64,000 bases of DNA from a virus: the IMG/VR virus record IMGVR_UViG_3300028394_002659. One strand, given 5' to 3'. This document shows positions 53,975 to 64,000 of this stretch, piece after piece; the first letter of the stretch is position 1; every line of letters starts with the position of its first letter. A model generated the notes under the pieces. That model was not told the DNA's origin, made no database searches, and was given only the letters and a program-made list of their open reading frames with translations. The position numbers and the translations under genes were made by a program.

Positions 53975-54968
53975 CTAGCACTCCTTTATATGTTTCGTTG
54001 AGCCAGCGACCAAATTGTTCGGCCGCATCGCTACATTTGTTCAATTCGTACTTGCCGCAGAATTGCATAAATCTCACACCCACTTGCCCCACGTCTCGGT
54101 GACTTATCTGCTCACGGATGGCTGTGTCTATAGTGTTCTTGATGTTGTCTGGTTGTGCTGTGAGATCAATGAGTGTGCGATTGCGTTCATAGTCATCTAG
54201 CACACGATGTTCGACCCCATCCGGGTCGGTCCAACGTTGCAACATCATGTTGTTCCAATTGTATCCGCGCTTGTCTCGGTCTCCAAAGGCCTCACGGAGA
54301 CCAACTTTATTCTTTGTGCCTTTCTCACGTACTCCAGGATACGCACTGAATACGTTGTCTGAGGAGTCACCACGCATGCACTTCTCAAATAACAACCAGG
54401 CTGGATCCGGGATGGTTTTTGGCTGTTTAGTTTTCTTATCATTGACGTGCTTACCTTTAGCATCAAATATGCCCTCCAGTGTTAACAGTTCATCAGCAAT
54501 GCCATTGTATTGCGTGACATTGGGTGCGAGTAATTGCACAAAGTCAGAATCTGAACTGATAACAACGTGTTGGTCTTGGGGGTGTAAAGAGATCCAACGT
54601 GCTATGATATCATCTGCTTCAGCAGTGGCACATCGGATAACGCTACAATTAGTTTTCGTAGCCAAGTATTTAGTCAGTTCGTCATACGTCTCCCAGAAAA
54701 GTTTATCTTCTTCTGCTTCTGCTTCGGTCATTTTGCCCCGGGCCACAGCACGATTTGCTTTGTAGGGTTTGTAATAATCCTTGCGCCACGAGCGCCCTTC
54801 CAGTGCGAATACCACATGATCTGCTTCAAATCTCTTGACCATTTTGTTCACTGCCATCAAGGTCACGTGCAGGGCAAAGCCCAATTTGGTCCAAGAGTCT
54901 GCGGCCCTAAATGCTCCGTGCCTGGCACGAAAAAACATGTTGGCAGTGTCAATCAGTACGTATTTCAT
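53919..54968 (-). CDS. 5'-3' exonuclease / T4 RNase H-like flap nuclease
   Basis: LIDTAN, WRKDYY.PYKANR, EADD, SSDSDF.Q, GDSSDN. Confidence 0.9.
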   Translation of the reverse strand: MKYVLIDTANMFFRARHGAFRAADSWTKLGFALHVTLMAVNKMVKRFEADHVVFALEGRSWRKDYYKPYKANRAVARGKMTEAEAEEDKLFWETYDELTKYLATKTNCSVIRCATAEADDIIARWISLHPQDQHVVISSDSDFVQLLAPNVTQYNGIADELLTLEGIFDAKGKHVNDKKTKQPKTIPDPAWLLFEKCMRGDSSDNVFSAYPGVREKGTKNKVGLREAFGDRDKRGYNWNNMMLQRWTDPDGVEHRVLDDYERNRTLIDLTAQPDNIKNTIDTAIREQISHRDVGQVGVRFMQFCGKYELNKCSDAAEQFGRWLNETYKGVLDDISQTSGGQSVLHTQEG

Positions 54969-55677
54969 TGTGTTCAATTAAGTTGTTATCGTTGATGTAT
55001 TGTAACACATGTTCGGCCCAAAGTCTATGACTTTTGGCATCAAAATGGTAACTTGCCGCATTTGCATAGGTTCCACCGTTGTTTTTTAGCCAATTATGAT
55101 AGGATTCTTCCCGAATATACGGGTGCATATAATTTTTGCCCCAATCGTGGTGATTGTAGATATCACTAAAGGTGCTGTGTCCGCTAAAGAACAAATGACG
55201 TACACCCAAGCCTTTGAGGTACTGGTGCATGGTCCAAATTTTGTCATGTGCTTCGGGAGTTTTAACCGACCAATTTATGTTTACAACATAATTTTTATAG
55301 CGGTCTTGTAAATCATCTGGAACGCTGTCTATTCCACTGGCATTAACTTGATACCAAGTACCTTTATGAAGCCACTCTTCTCTCTCCCAAGTAGTCCACT
55401 GTAGAATCATAAACGTATTGGCTAACATGTCACGATTGTTTTCAATCCACTCCATTGTGGTGCGAATAGTACGATCGTTACTGCCGCCAGAACTTGCTTG
55501 ACAGATTAGTGTTGCATCCAATGCATCAGCAATGTGTTTACCATAACTAACTGCCAAATTTGCAGGGTGTGCTTCTGTGCCTTTGTCCCAGTATTGCCTA
55601 TCATCCACAGCCCATGCATGTGGCACAGCGGCCTCGGCGGCCGCGGTATGACTACAGCCGTTTACATACAAGATCAT
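54949..55677 (-). CDS. SGNH/GDSL-like hydrolase or acyltransferase
   Basis: NGCSHT, GGSNDR, QWT..ER.E, HF....H..WA. Confidence 0.6.
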   Translation of the reverse strand: MILYVNGCSHTAAAEAAVPHAWAVDDRQYWDKGTEAHPANLAVSYGKHIADALDATLICQASSGGSNDRTIRTTMEWIENNRDMLANTFMILQWTTWEREEWLHKGTWYQVNASGIDSVPDDLQDRYKNYVVNINWSVKTPEAHDKIWTMHQYLKGLGVRHLFFSGHSTFSDIYNHHDWGKNYMHPYIREESYHNWLKNNGGTYANAASYHFDAKSHRLWAEHVLQYINDNNLIEHNEIRTD

Positions 55678-56150
55678 TTTCGTAGCAGGACTTTTTCAGT
55701 TTCGGCGGCAACCACACGTTTGCGTAGACTTGAACTGGAGAACGAATGATCTCTGCTGTTGAATACATGTTCAATTTGCATGGCCTGCCCTTCACTGCGT
55801 CCGGTGAAGTTGGTGTCTTCGTATTCGCTTCCTAGTATACGCACGTCAATTGGTAATGTAAGAATTAAATCTACTAGATCTTGTTCTGTGGTGTATACAA
55901 CAATCTCGTCTACAAAACGGCAAGCACCTAATTGTATTTGACGTTCTACAATACTTTGAACAGGAGGATTTTTAATGCCCGGGCGATCAATACTTGCATC
56001 AGTTTGTAATCCTGCAATCAAGTAGTCGCAATGATTTTTGGCTTCGGCTAACATAGCGATATGCCCTGCGTGTAGCATGTCAAATTGACTGAATGTGATA
56101 CCGATTTTTTTGCCCTCGGCTTTGAGTTCTTTAATGTGATTGAATATCAT
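55674..56150 (-). CDS. Cytidylyltransferase (TagD/RfaE-like)
   Basis: FDMLHAGH, SSSSLRKR. Confidence 0.9.
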   Translation of the reverse strand: MIFNHIKELKAEGKKIGITFSQFDMLHAGHIAMLAEAKNHCDYLIAGLQTDASIDRPGIKNPPVQSIVERQIQLGACRFVDEIVVYTTEQDLVDLILTLPIDVRILGSEYEDTNFTGRSEGQAMQIEHVFNSRDHSFSSSSLRKRVVAAETEKVLLRK

Positions 56151-56542
56151 GATACCTCTGTTCTTCCGCCACCTATGTCTCTAGAGTTTACATATTGACT
56201 GCTGTACTTGTTCATGGCCTGCTCTTGTTCCCAGGTTTCCATGACCACGTGTCGGCAAATATTTTGGAACCAACGATCCACTATATCTGCATCCGCATCA
56301 TCGGGTTTCATCATGTAACCGGCCTTGACCAGTCGTGCCACAAAGATTTCGTTCCAGTCTAGTTCAAATGCACCTTGATGCAAGTTGTTGGGATCAATAT
56401 CCATGCGAACAATACCCACATAAGGTTCGTTTTTTTCTGTGGCTAGTTCTTTTTCAGTCTTCTCTGGCGCACGAGGTTTGGGTTCAGCTCGGACTTTTGG
56501 AACCGGCTCAGGCTTTTTGCGAAAGCGATCAAATATTCCCAT
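56147..56542 (-). CDS. Hypothetical protein
   Basis: KELAT.K.EPYV, FELDWN, IVDRWF. Confidence 0.75.
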   Translation of the reverse strand: MGIFDRFRKKPEPVPKVRAEPKPRAPEKTEKELATEKNEPYVGIVRMDIDPNNLHQGAFELDWNEIFVARLVKAGYMMKPDDADADIVDRWFQNICRHVVMETWEQEQAMNKYSSQYVNSRDIGGGRTEVS

Positions 56543-57390
56543 CAGGTTCCCCATTCGTTCTTGAAGAGTGGCACTTGTAGTCTATCACTGTAGCGCCAGC
56601 CTTTTCGCATGGCCATTTCTGCCACTGCACGATTGTTAAGAGTATACACCCGCTCAACACCACCAACAGGCATGACATACACAGGACCAGTAAACCCTGC
56701 TGTGCGATATTCCAACACTGCTTGTTCTGCATCTGCTAGATCCTGTTCTGTCGCTACCACCAGTTTCAAGTAAGTATACCCAACTTGCTCGTATTCGCAT
56801 ACCACTTCTGGAACAATGGCCTCTTCCCACCGCTCGCCTGAACCGGGAAGTTTGGCACTGACACTGAATGTGATTTCACGTTGTGCCCGCCAACGCTGTA
56901 GATATTCTTTGAACTCTGGCGTAAGTTTTTGAGTACCATTTGTTTCGAACGTAATTTCTTTAAGACCATGCATACTGTCATGATCCAACAAGTCTGGATA
57001 AGCACGTTGCCAACCCAGCAATGGTTCACCACCTGTGATCACAAGATGCTCATCTTCCCAACGCCGATGTGGCAGTATCTCCATGATGTGATCCACAATT
57101 CCATTACTATCCATCATGGGACTTAGATCTTTAAAGTCTGGATGCCATGACGCATAACTATCGCAACCGGTACTCACAAGCGGAAGTTCTTGATACTTCT
57201 CAAAAGCCTTGACCATTGTATGTGTAGCCGCAAGATCAGTTGCTTCGTGGCTTACTTCACCACGTGGCATACCAAATCCTGCACATTTAAAATTGCAACC
57301 AAATGTTCTCAAGAACACACTTGGTACACCCATGTATCGACCTTCACCTTGGATCGAATAAAATAATTCTGCTATTTTAATTCTAGACAT
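56542..57390 (-). CDS. queE: 7-carboxy-7-deazaguanine synthase-like radical SAM
   Basis: ELFYSIQGEG, VFLRTFGCN, GCDS, ITGGEP, ETNGT. Confidence 0.85.
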   Translation of the reverse strand: MSRIKIAELFYSIQGEGRYMGVPSVFLRTFGCNFKCAGFGMPRGEVSHEATDLAATHTMVKAFEKYQELPLVSTGCDSYASWHPDFKDLSPMMDSNGIVDHIMEILPHRRWEDEHLVITGGEPLLGWQRAYPDLLDHDSMHGLKEITFETNGTQKLTPEFKEYLQRWRAQREITFSVSAKLPGSGERWEEAIVPEVVCEYEQVGYTYLKLVVATEQDLADAEQAVLEYRTAGFTGPVYVMPVGGVERVYTLNNRAVAEMAMRKGWRYSDRLQVPLFKNEWGT

Positions 57391-57462
57391 CTACATCCTT
57401 TGTTACTCATTGTACATTATACATGAAACTGCGGGTGTTTTGCAAGTGGTGAATTTGCCAGT

Positions 57463-58353
57463 TTATCCAATTGATTTTTGCACACCCGACTCAAAACTCA
57501 TGGGCACATAATCTGGCATGATGCTTCGTAGTTTGCTGATATCGGGTCTGCGACTGGCAGTGCTTCCGGGCTTGCCTGGTGTGGTGGTCCAAGAGGGATT
57601 ATCATGTCCCATAGCCGATGCAATAATTTGAGCCGCATCCATGATGGTGATTTCTCTATCGTTACCAATGTTGATCAGTTCACGAGTCTGTGTTTCAGCG
57701 CAGTAGATACTTGCCCTAATAGCATCTTCCACATGACAGAAACTTCTGGTCTCATTGGCACCAAAACACTCAAAACGGCCTTCTTTGATCTTGGCTATTT
57801 GATCAGCCAAGAAGTGTCCGGCCTTGCTGTTCTCACCGTACACGTTGAAGTAACGCAACATAACATACGGCAGTTTGCTGTTGGCCAAATAGTTTTCACT
57901 GCACACTTTGGCCAGTCTATAACTCCAACGAGCGTTGTGAATGTCTCGGATAGCAATGTCTAAGTGTTCAGGCACTGGACTCACAGGATCATCACTAACA
58001 ATCTCGCTACTGCTGGCATATACAATTTTTTTAAGATTTGCAATTTCGCTAGCATACTCAAACATATTTAGGTCACAAACAAAATTGTTTGTTAACACCT
58101 GATTGGGTCGTTCGTAAAAATTCTTGGTACCATTGATAGCACCATAGTGATAGATGTAATCAAAGTCTCGGGGCAGTTGAGCAATCGCGGTTTGGTCATT
58201 TAGATCAATTGTTAAAAACTGATCACAAGGTGGGATAGTTGAACTGCGGCTGTGATTGTCAATTGCCCAAACTTCATTGCCCGCAACTGTTTTTAGTTGT
58301 CTGCAGATTTCTGTACCCAATAGCCCACTGGCACCTGTTACTAATATTTTCAT
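57463..58353 (-). CDS. NAD-dependent epimerase/dehydratase
   Basis: VTGASGLLG, ASSSE, YRLAK, RYFNVYG. Confidence 0.9.
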   Translation of the reverse strand: MKILVTGASGLLGTEICRQLKTVAGNEVWAIDNHSRSSTIPPCDQFLTIDLNDQTAIAQLPRDFDYIYHYGAINGTKNFYERPNQVLTNNFVCDLNMFEYASEIANLKKIVYASSSEIVSDDPVSPVPEHLDIAIRDIHNARWSYRLAKVCSENYLANSKLPYVMLRYFNVYGENSKAGHFLADQIAKIKEGRFECFGANETRSFCHVEDAIRASIYCAETQTRELINIGNDREITIMDAAQIIASAMGHDNPSWTTTPGKPGSTASRRPDISKLRSIMPDYVPMSFESGVQKSIG

Positions 58354-59123
58354 TTGCTTACTTTCTGATTGTCGTCAATTACACTTTGAATCAAAGTGTA
58401 AGGTAGATCAAGATTCTTGATCAAGTTGTTCCATGCACTGGTATCTTTGGGCAAACAGTGTCCGCCATATCCACGCATGTTATCATTGGCCATTAGATAG
58501 TTTGGATTGATACATTCTCTACGAGTGATTGCATCATACACATTCTTATAATCGGCACCTAATTTTTTACACACATCATATGTGATATTGGCAAAGGTCA
58601 CGCTCATGGCATGATGTACATTGTTAAAGTACTTGACTACTTCTGCTTCAGTAGGACTCACACAAGCCACTGTCTTTGGGAAGTGTCCATGGATTTTCTT
58701 GATCAATTCAAAGTCTTGTTCACGATCACTACCGATAATCAACAAGTCATGATTGTACACAAAGTCTGCTAGAGCAGTCTTAGCCCGTAAAAATTCAGGC
58801 ACACTACAGATTTTTAAATTAGGGTAAGAGTCACTTAGACGTCGGCTAGTACCGGGTACCACTGTGCTTTTGATTGCTACTAGTCCTGAATATTGATGTT
58901 GGTTCAACTCTTCGATTACTCGTTCAACAATGCTGGTATCACAATCACCGTTGGCTGCTTGGTTGGTTGGTACACTGAGAAATACACACTCGGCATCTAG
59001 TACATCTGCCAACTGGCTACCTTCGTAAGCCGGATCAAAGAAACACATGTTGTGTCCAAGATATTCCAAGCCTTCATACACGGCTTTGCCTACTGTACCT
59101 TTTCCAATAATTCCTATTTTCAT
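58350..59123 (-). CDS. UDP-glucose/GDP-mannose dehydrogenase family protein
   Basis: GKGTVG, KSTVVPGT, PEFLR, GYGGHCLPKD. Confidence 0.92.
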   Translation of the reverse strand: MKIGIIGKGTVGKAVYEGLEYLGHNMCFFDPAYEGSQLADVLDAECVFLSVPTNQAANGDCDTSIVERVIEELNQHQYSGLVAIKSTVVPGTSRRLSDSYPNLKICSVPEFLRAKTALADFVYNHDLLIIGSDREQDFELIKKIHGHFPKTVACVSPTEAEVVKYFNNVHHAMSVTFANITYDVCKKLGADYKNVYDAITRRECINPNYLMANDNMRGYGGHCLPKDTSAWNNLIKNLDLPYTLIQSVIDDNQKVSK

Positions 59124-59734
59124 ATCTCATCCTTAAAAGTCATATCTACACATGTACTGGGCAAATCAGATTCAACCAGTTTAAAAATTTCATCAGCCAC
59201 TTGATCTGGTTCCAGGTAATCCAACGTGGGATCAAATGATTTGCCTACGCTGGCCATCTTGGTACGTGTTCGTACTGGATTGATCAAATCAACCACAATC
59301 TCTGAACCACCAAAGTAATCTCTTGCTGATTCCCACAAGTTGTACAAGGCCGCCTTGCTGGCGCTGTACAACGGATACAACTGTCGACCACTAGTATAAC
59401 TGCTACTGCCAACCATGATGATTCTTGTGGTCTTACTTAGGCCTTTGAGTGCCATGAAATAACTTATGATTGACCAGTTGCTACCAAAGTTCACGTTCAT
59501 AGTGGCATGATGGGTATTGACATATCCATTGACAAACACTCCAGCACTATTAACCACAACATCGGCTTGTGCTTGATTCAGTAATTTAGCAACATCATAA
59601 TGACTGTTGGCGCTTTCAAAATCCAATTGATCACTGCCCACTGGAATAACACGGTACCCTTGATCTGCAAACAATTTTGCAGTGGCACTACCGATGCCAC
59701 CGTACGCTCCAAAGATCACCACAGTTTTCGTCAT
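59120..59734 (-). CDS. Short-chain dehydrogenase/reductase
   Basis: GAYGGIG, NSAG, YSASK. Confidence 0.9.
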   Translation of the reverse strand: MTKTVVIFGAYGGIGSATAKLFADQGYRVIPVGSDQLDFESANSHYDVAKLLNQAQADVVVNSAGVFVNGYVNTHHATMNVNFGSNWSIISYFMALKGLSKTTRIIMVGSSSYTSGRQLYPLYSASKAALYNLWESARDYFGGSEIVVDLINPVRTRTKMASVGKSFDPTLDYLEPDQVADEIFKLVESDLPSTCVDMTFKDEI

Positions 59735-60138
59735 TGAGTAATATCATCTACTCGATAGGTATCAGACTCATAGTCTGCTCCGCCCCTTGGACCTTCTGCA
59801 AATGCAATAAAGACACACCCATCACTACCGGATCGCATGGCATGGATCTCAAGTGGCGCACTGATGATCATGTCACCGGCCACAGCATTGAAAACATCTG
59901 CGGGTTCATCGCCGCCTATACTTCGACTGTAGTAGGTCAACGTGCCGGACAATATGTAAGTGTATTGTGTGGTAAACTTGTGATAATGATTGCCACGCAC
60001 AGCACCTGGTTGATTGGTAATAATGCAACCGTGATTCATGTTGGACATATAAAATATGTCCGTGATACTGCCTCGATCATCAGTAAAAGATTCAAGACCT
60101 TTTACTCCGTGGTCAGCATAGATGTTGTATGTTTTCAT
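59731..60138 (-). CDS. Cupin sugar epimerase/isomerase
   Basis: DDRGSI, RGNHYH. Confidence 0.8.
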   Translation of the reverse strand: MKTYNIYADHGVKGLESFTDDRGSITDIFYMSNMNHGCIITNQPGAVRGNHYHKFTTQYTYILSGTLTYYSRSIGGDEPADVFNAVAGDMIISAPLEIHAMRSGSDGCVFIAFAEGPRGGADYESDTYRVDDITQ

Positions 60139-61352
60139 TGTGAAATAAACCTTGTGTTAGGATTGATATTCGATATGGCTCTGCGAAGACCTTCGCCAAT
60201 GTTCCAACTCAATATCAATGCATATGGCCGCTTATGGCGAGCAAATTCTTCGTCTGCCTGAATTGGAATTCTAGTGAATGGTGTGTACTTGCCTTGCTTG
60301 TGTTCGCTGGCATCAGTGATACAATGAATAACGGTACTGTCAAGCCCGTGCCATTTTAACCATGTGTTGGCCTTGGCTGCCGCACCCACTCCTATGACTA
60401 CTGCTTCGGAATCTTCGCTGAGTAATTGATAAAAAGAGGCTAACCAATCAACCTTGACTTGCTCAAATTTCAGTTGTAAGTTTTGATAAAATGCAGGATC
60501 AAACAAACCTGTTTGGGTTTCTTTGACTATGGCGTCTTGAATTTTAACAGGCATATCAGCACCAGTGTCAAGACGAGCAAACATTCGTAGGCTTCCGCCA
60601 TGATAATCAACCACATCAAAGTCAGTGATCTCTAGTCCCGCGGCTTTCAACAAGTTCCATGCCATCTTCACAGTGAAGTATGTAGGATGCTCGTGATATA
60701 CCATGTCTGTGAATCTTCCTGATTCAATCATGCTGAGCCAATACGGTACTTCAAACACAAATTCTCCTGTGTTGGACAGTAGTCGGGCCACGCTTTGTGC
60801 AAATGTCACAGGATCGTTGGCATGGTTAAACACATTGTTGGCAATGATCACACTTGCTGTGCCGTGTTTGTGTTTTATTGCATCAGCAGTGGCATCGTCG
60901 AACAAAGTGTTTATTGTTTCAACACCCTTTGCTTGGGACAATGCACACATTTCTGCACTGGAGTCTACACCTACTGCATGATCAAATTGACTCACAAGAT
61001 AACCATCATTGCTGCCAATTTCTACTACCAGTCCGGTGTGTCTACGGCTTTTGATTGTTTGAGCATACCTGTCCCAGTGATTTCTGGCTGTTTGACTATT
61101 GCTGGAAGTGTAACTGTAACTGTAGAGATTGTAACGATCCGTGGCCGAACTCACATAGCCCAGTTGTATACTACCTGAGTTGGCATTGAGATATACCTGC
61201 AAAGGAAAAACAGGCTCACTGAGATTCAATTGATCTGGTCGGATAAATGTATCAGCGTAAGCATGCTGTCCAAAGTCAAGTATTTTTGTAACTGGATTTT
61301 TTGAAATCACACACTCAGTGACCAGTTTGCTGACGGTTATATTATTTTGCAA
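60135..61352 (-). CDS. NDP-hexose C-methyltransferase-like protein
   Basis: EIGSNDG, ANNVFNH, YHEH, HGGSLR, GAAAKA, LSWN. Confidence 0.85.
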   Translation of the reverse strand: MQNNITVSKLVTECVISKNPVTKILDFGQHAYADTFIRPDQLNLSEPVFPLQVYLNANSGSIQLGYVSSATDRYNLYSYSYTSSNSQTARNHWDRYAQTIKSRRHTGLVVEIGSNDGYLVSQFDHAVGVDSSAEMCALSQAKGVETINTLFDDATADAIKHKHGTASVIIANNVFNHANDPVTFAQSVARLLSNTGEFVFEVPYWLSMIESGRFTDMVYHEHPTYFTVKMAWNLLKAAGLEITDFDVVDYHGGSLRMFARLDTGADMPVKIQDAIVKETQTGLFDPAFYQNLQLKFEQVKVDWLASFYQLLSEDSEAVVIGVGAAAKANTWLKWHGLDSTVIHCITDASEHKQGKYTPFTRIPIQADEEFARHKRPYALILSWNIGEGLRRAISNINPNTRFISQ

Positions 61353-62235
61353 GGGATATCCTGAAATCTTCGCTTTTTTGGTCTTTGTCATAGGACAATA
61401 CTTGCCCATGCTCGTCGAGTTGCATTACAAATTGACTCATCTGTTTGTTGACATCTAGAGCAATTAATTTTTCCCAGGGGTAATTTTTACCACTCTTGAC
61501 ACTTTCCCACCAAGTGGCATCTAACCCAATTGTACGCATGTATTCAGCAATGGTATCACAATCTTGATAGCGTTGCGCACTAGTTTGAGGATTATGGAAA
61601 TCATGCGGATTGGCAGGGTTACCTTCAAAACGTACCTTGGGTTTGAGAGGGTCAGTTGCATCTTTGGTTAACTCAACTTGATTGTGTGTGACATCAATCT
61701 CAATCACTTGCATAATATCCAGCAAGAAAGCCAGTTGACTTAGTTCAGCATCGATCATTTGATGACGGCTGAGATGATTCATTAGGTCATACCATGCTCG
61801 TGGCATTATAGGAAAAATGCTGTAGGGATGGTCATTGTGCGTGTGAACTTTTAACAGTTTGAATTCGCCTGTGTATTGTTCAATTACCGAGTCCCATCCC
61901 TGAGTTTCCATCACAGCATCATCATTCCATACAAACAGCCAGTCTGCCGACGTTGATTTTGCCAAATGATTGTAGTATCGATTGAGTCCAGCATAGCCCA
62001 TACTTTTAAAAGACTGTGCTTCGTAAGATACTCCATGCTTGTCTAACATGGGTTGTATCACCTTGGTAAAATGTGCTAGTCCTATTTTGTCATCATCGTC
62101 AAATCCAAACACCAATTGTATACGGGAAATGTCATTGGCTAGATCTACAATGCTGGTCACACTGGCAGTGAGTGCATCGGTCCGGCTACGAGTGGGCAGT
62201 AAAACTGCTATGCTGTATTCGTGTGTGTTATTCAT
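61342..62235 (-). CDS. GT2-like glycosyltransferase
   Basis: VLLPTRSR, FDDDD, WNDD. Confidence 0.8.
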   Translation of the reverse strand: MNNTHEYSIAVLLPTRSRTDALTASVTSIVDLANDISRIQLVFGFDDDDKIGLAHFTKVIQPMLDKHGVSYEAQSFKSMGYAGLNRYYNHLAKSTSADWLFVWNDDAVMETQGWDSVIEQYTGEFKLLKVHTHNDHPYSIFPIMPRAWYDLMNHLSRHQMIDAELSQLAFLLDIMQVIEIDVTHNQVELTKDATDPLKPKVRFEGNPANPHDFHNPQTSAQRYQDCDTIAEYMRTIGLDATWWESVKSGKNYPWEKLIALDVNKQMSQFVMQLDEHGQVLSYDKDQKSEDFRISLAK

Positions 62236-64000
62236 AACTTCGAGTGATGTTTGTTTTTCCAAAATTTCTTTTCCTGGCAAAATACATATTTTCAAGAAAA
62301 TGTTCTAGGCTCATATTATGATCCTCTGTGCTTTCAAAAACACACATACATGGTTTTTCAAGTTGAGTGTTGTCTTGAATATAGCCAAGAAAATCATAAT
62401 CAAAATTTTGCTGTATAGGCAGGTATTTAAGATTGCGATAGTCAACCACGTAATTTCTTTGAAACTGCATGAGTTGATCTAATATGTCTTTGTTGATATT
62501 ATAATGATTTTTTACAAAGGTGTCAACCAAATCAAACACATAATTTAGGCGATCTTGTTGTTGTATGTATAGAGTAGTGCGATGCACTAAATTCCATCCA
62601 AATACCTGGACGTTGCCAATTGGCGGATGACTAATAGAGCCGTGGCTTGCCCAGTTTGCAAAGTAATTTCGTGTGTCATTGAACTGTGTTTGAAACCAAG
62701 GATCGTGCTGAACCCAGACATATAAATTATCATAGAATTCGCTATAATCAATTTGATGTGCTTTTTCCAAATATCTGGCAATGTACGTGGTCAGACCATT
62801 GATGTGAAATGTCTGGATAAAACTGTTCCAAACCAGTGTGTCTAGCATCTGTTGTTTAGAAATGTCCTTGGTACTGATAACCACATCCACACACTCGCTC
62901 AACTCCGCATCATTGTAACTGCCGCTCATGTAATCGTGTACTGGCACAGCCTCTAACTGCCACAAGCGTTTTTGTAATAGATTCATTTCGGCATTTTCCA
63001 ACAACTGTGCCTGCAAGATATTGATGCCAGTGTGATTGCCAGCGCGGAAAATTTTCCAAAATGCTCCCTTCCATGATTCAACAGTTTCGCCAGGCAGTCC
63101 CAGTATCAGTTCTGTATACACAGGAATGTTGTTGCGATCGCACAGATCAAAAATTTCATCAATTTTGTGTTGGTCAAGATTTCTACGTTTGACATTTTCC
63201 AACACATCATGATCCATGCTCTGTACACTCACCGTGAGCCCTTGACCAAAGTTTGGACTTTCGTGTATGAGTTTCTTGACAATGTCCACTACTTCGTTCT
63301 TTTGATTCTTGGCCCAGGTCATTGAGAACGATGTTAGTTTTTCATATTTCTTTTGTACTTCAATCAACTTGTCCACAATCATATTGTCGCGTTCTATAAA
63401 CATGCCAAAGTTAGCGTCAGTGATGGTAACAAACCCACAGTTGGCACCAATCCATTCTAGTTCGTGATATACTCTAGTAAGATCAAATTTTTTCACTTTA
63501 CTGTAGGTAAGACTGCCCCAGTCGCAAAAGGTACACTGATAAGGACAACCACGATTGGTTTCTAGTGTAGCATTCCAAATCACTTCGGGGTTGTCCTTGA
63601 TGATTTGATCAAACATGCCTGAAAGATATGGACTAGGTATTTGGTCCAGATTATCAATTCTGGCACAGTCACCGGTGTTGATCAATCCGGTGGGCGTGTT
63701 GATCAACAGTCCCGGTATGTGTGTGTAGTCTGTGTCAAAGTCTTCGAGTATGCGTTTAAAAGTAATCTCACCTTCCATCTTGATCACTAGATCTATGAAA
63801 GGTTCCTTTTCAAACAAGCCTGGATCTTCAATGGCTGGCTCAGGCCCGCCGACTATTATTGTTACCCGAGGATTGATTTCTTTTATGCGACGAGCCAATG
63901 CATAATTGTACCTATGATTCCATACATAGGTACTAAATGCCACAATATTATTTTTGGCCAGTTTTGTGGCCAGATCCTCAATAGGATCTCTCCGCCAGAT
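62228..64000 (-). CDS. B12-binding domain radical SAM protein, 5' truncated by window edge
   Basis: FSTYVWN, GGPE, EGE, ETNRGCPYQCTFCDW, GLPGET. Confidence 0.9.
   Translation of the reverse strand: MWRRDPIEDLATKLAKNNIVAFSTYVWNHRYNYALARRIKEINPRVTIIVGGPEPAIEDPGLFEKEPFIDLVIKMEGEITFKRILEDFDTDYTHIPGLLINTPTGLINTGDCARIDNLDQIPSPYLSGMFDQIIKDNPEVIWNATLETNRGCPYQCTFCDWGSLTYSKVKKFDLTRVYHELEWIGANCGFVTITDANFGMFIERDNMIVDKLIEVQKKYEKLTSFSMTWAKNQKNEVVDIVKKLIHESPNFGQGLTVSVQSMDHDVLENVKRRNLDQHKIDEIFDLCDRNNIPVYTELILGLPGETVESWKGAFWKIFRAGNHTGINILQAQLLENAEMNLLQKRLWQLEAVPVHDYMSGSYNDAELSECVDVVISTKDISKQQMLDTLVWNSFIQTFHINGLTTYIARYLEKAHQIDYSEFYDNLYVWVQHDPWFQTQFNDTRNYFANWASHGSISHPPIGNVQVFGWNLVHRTTLYIQQQDRLNYVFDLVDTFVKNHYNINKDILDQLMQFQRNYVVDYRNLKYLPIQQNFDYDFLGYIQDNTQLEKPCMCVFESTEDHNMSLEHFLENMYFARKRNFGKTNITRSYE

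Noticed and set aside
1-64000. Bacterial chromosome or integrated prophage origin
   Set aside because: No rRNA, ribosomal proteins, integrase or core bacterial operons; T4-like late promoters and many small unknown ORFs indicate a large phage.

Overview
64 kb of a large dsDNA bacteriophage genome (T4-like/jumbo style). Evidence: dense overlapping genes, TATAAATA late-promoter motifs, sigma70 early promoters, ThyX, a T4 RNase H-like nuclease, QueE and RpoZ; no rRNA or CRISPR; standard genetic code. Bug proteins and the rubrerythrin suggest a proteobacterial, probably betaproteobacterial, host (inference). Layout: (1) 1-22.1 kb, a glycan-tailoring island with five N-terminal-Twitch radical SAM enzymes, five GT10-like proteins, a carbamoyltransferase, an amidinotransferase, a DegT aminotransferase and an epimerase; (2) 22-35 kb, early/auxiliary genes; (3) 35-48 kb, an RNA-rich region with 26 tRNAs covering all 20 amino acids, a circularly permuted tmRNA, several unassigned structured RNAs, orphan Bug/DctP solute-binding proteins and PP-loop ATPases; (4) 48-64 kb, B12 radical SAMs, nucleases, QueE and an NDP-sugar cluster. 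The most striking unannotated signal is a pair of leaderless leader-peptide/terminator-antiterminator units (38586-38793 and 40987-41151) heading the tRNA operons, which look like ribosome-sensing attenuators controlling phage tRNA supply. All family calls come from motif recognition by eye; no database searches were run.
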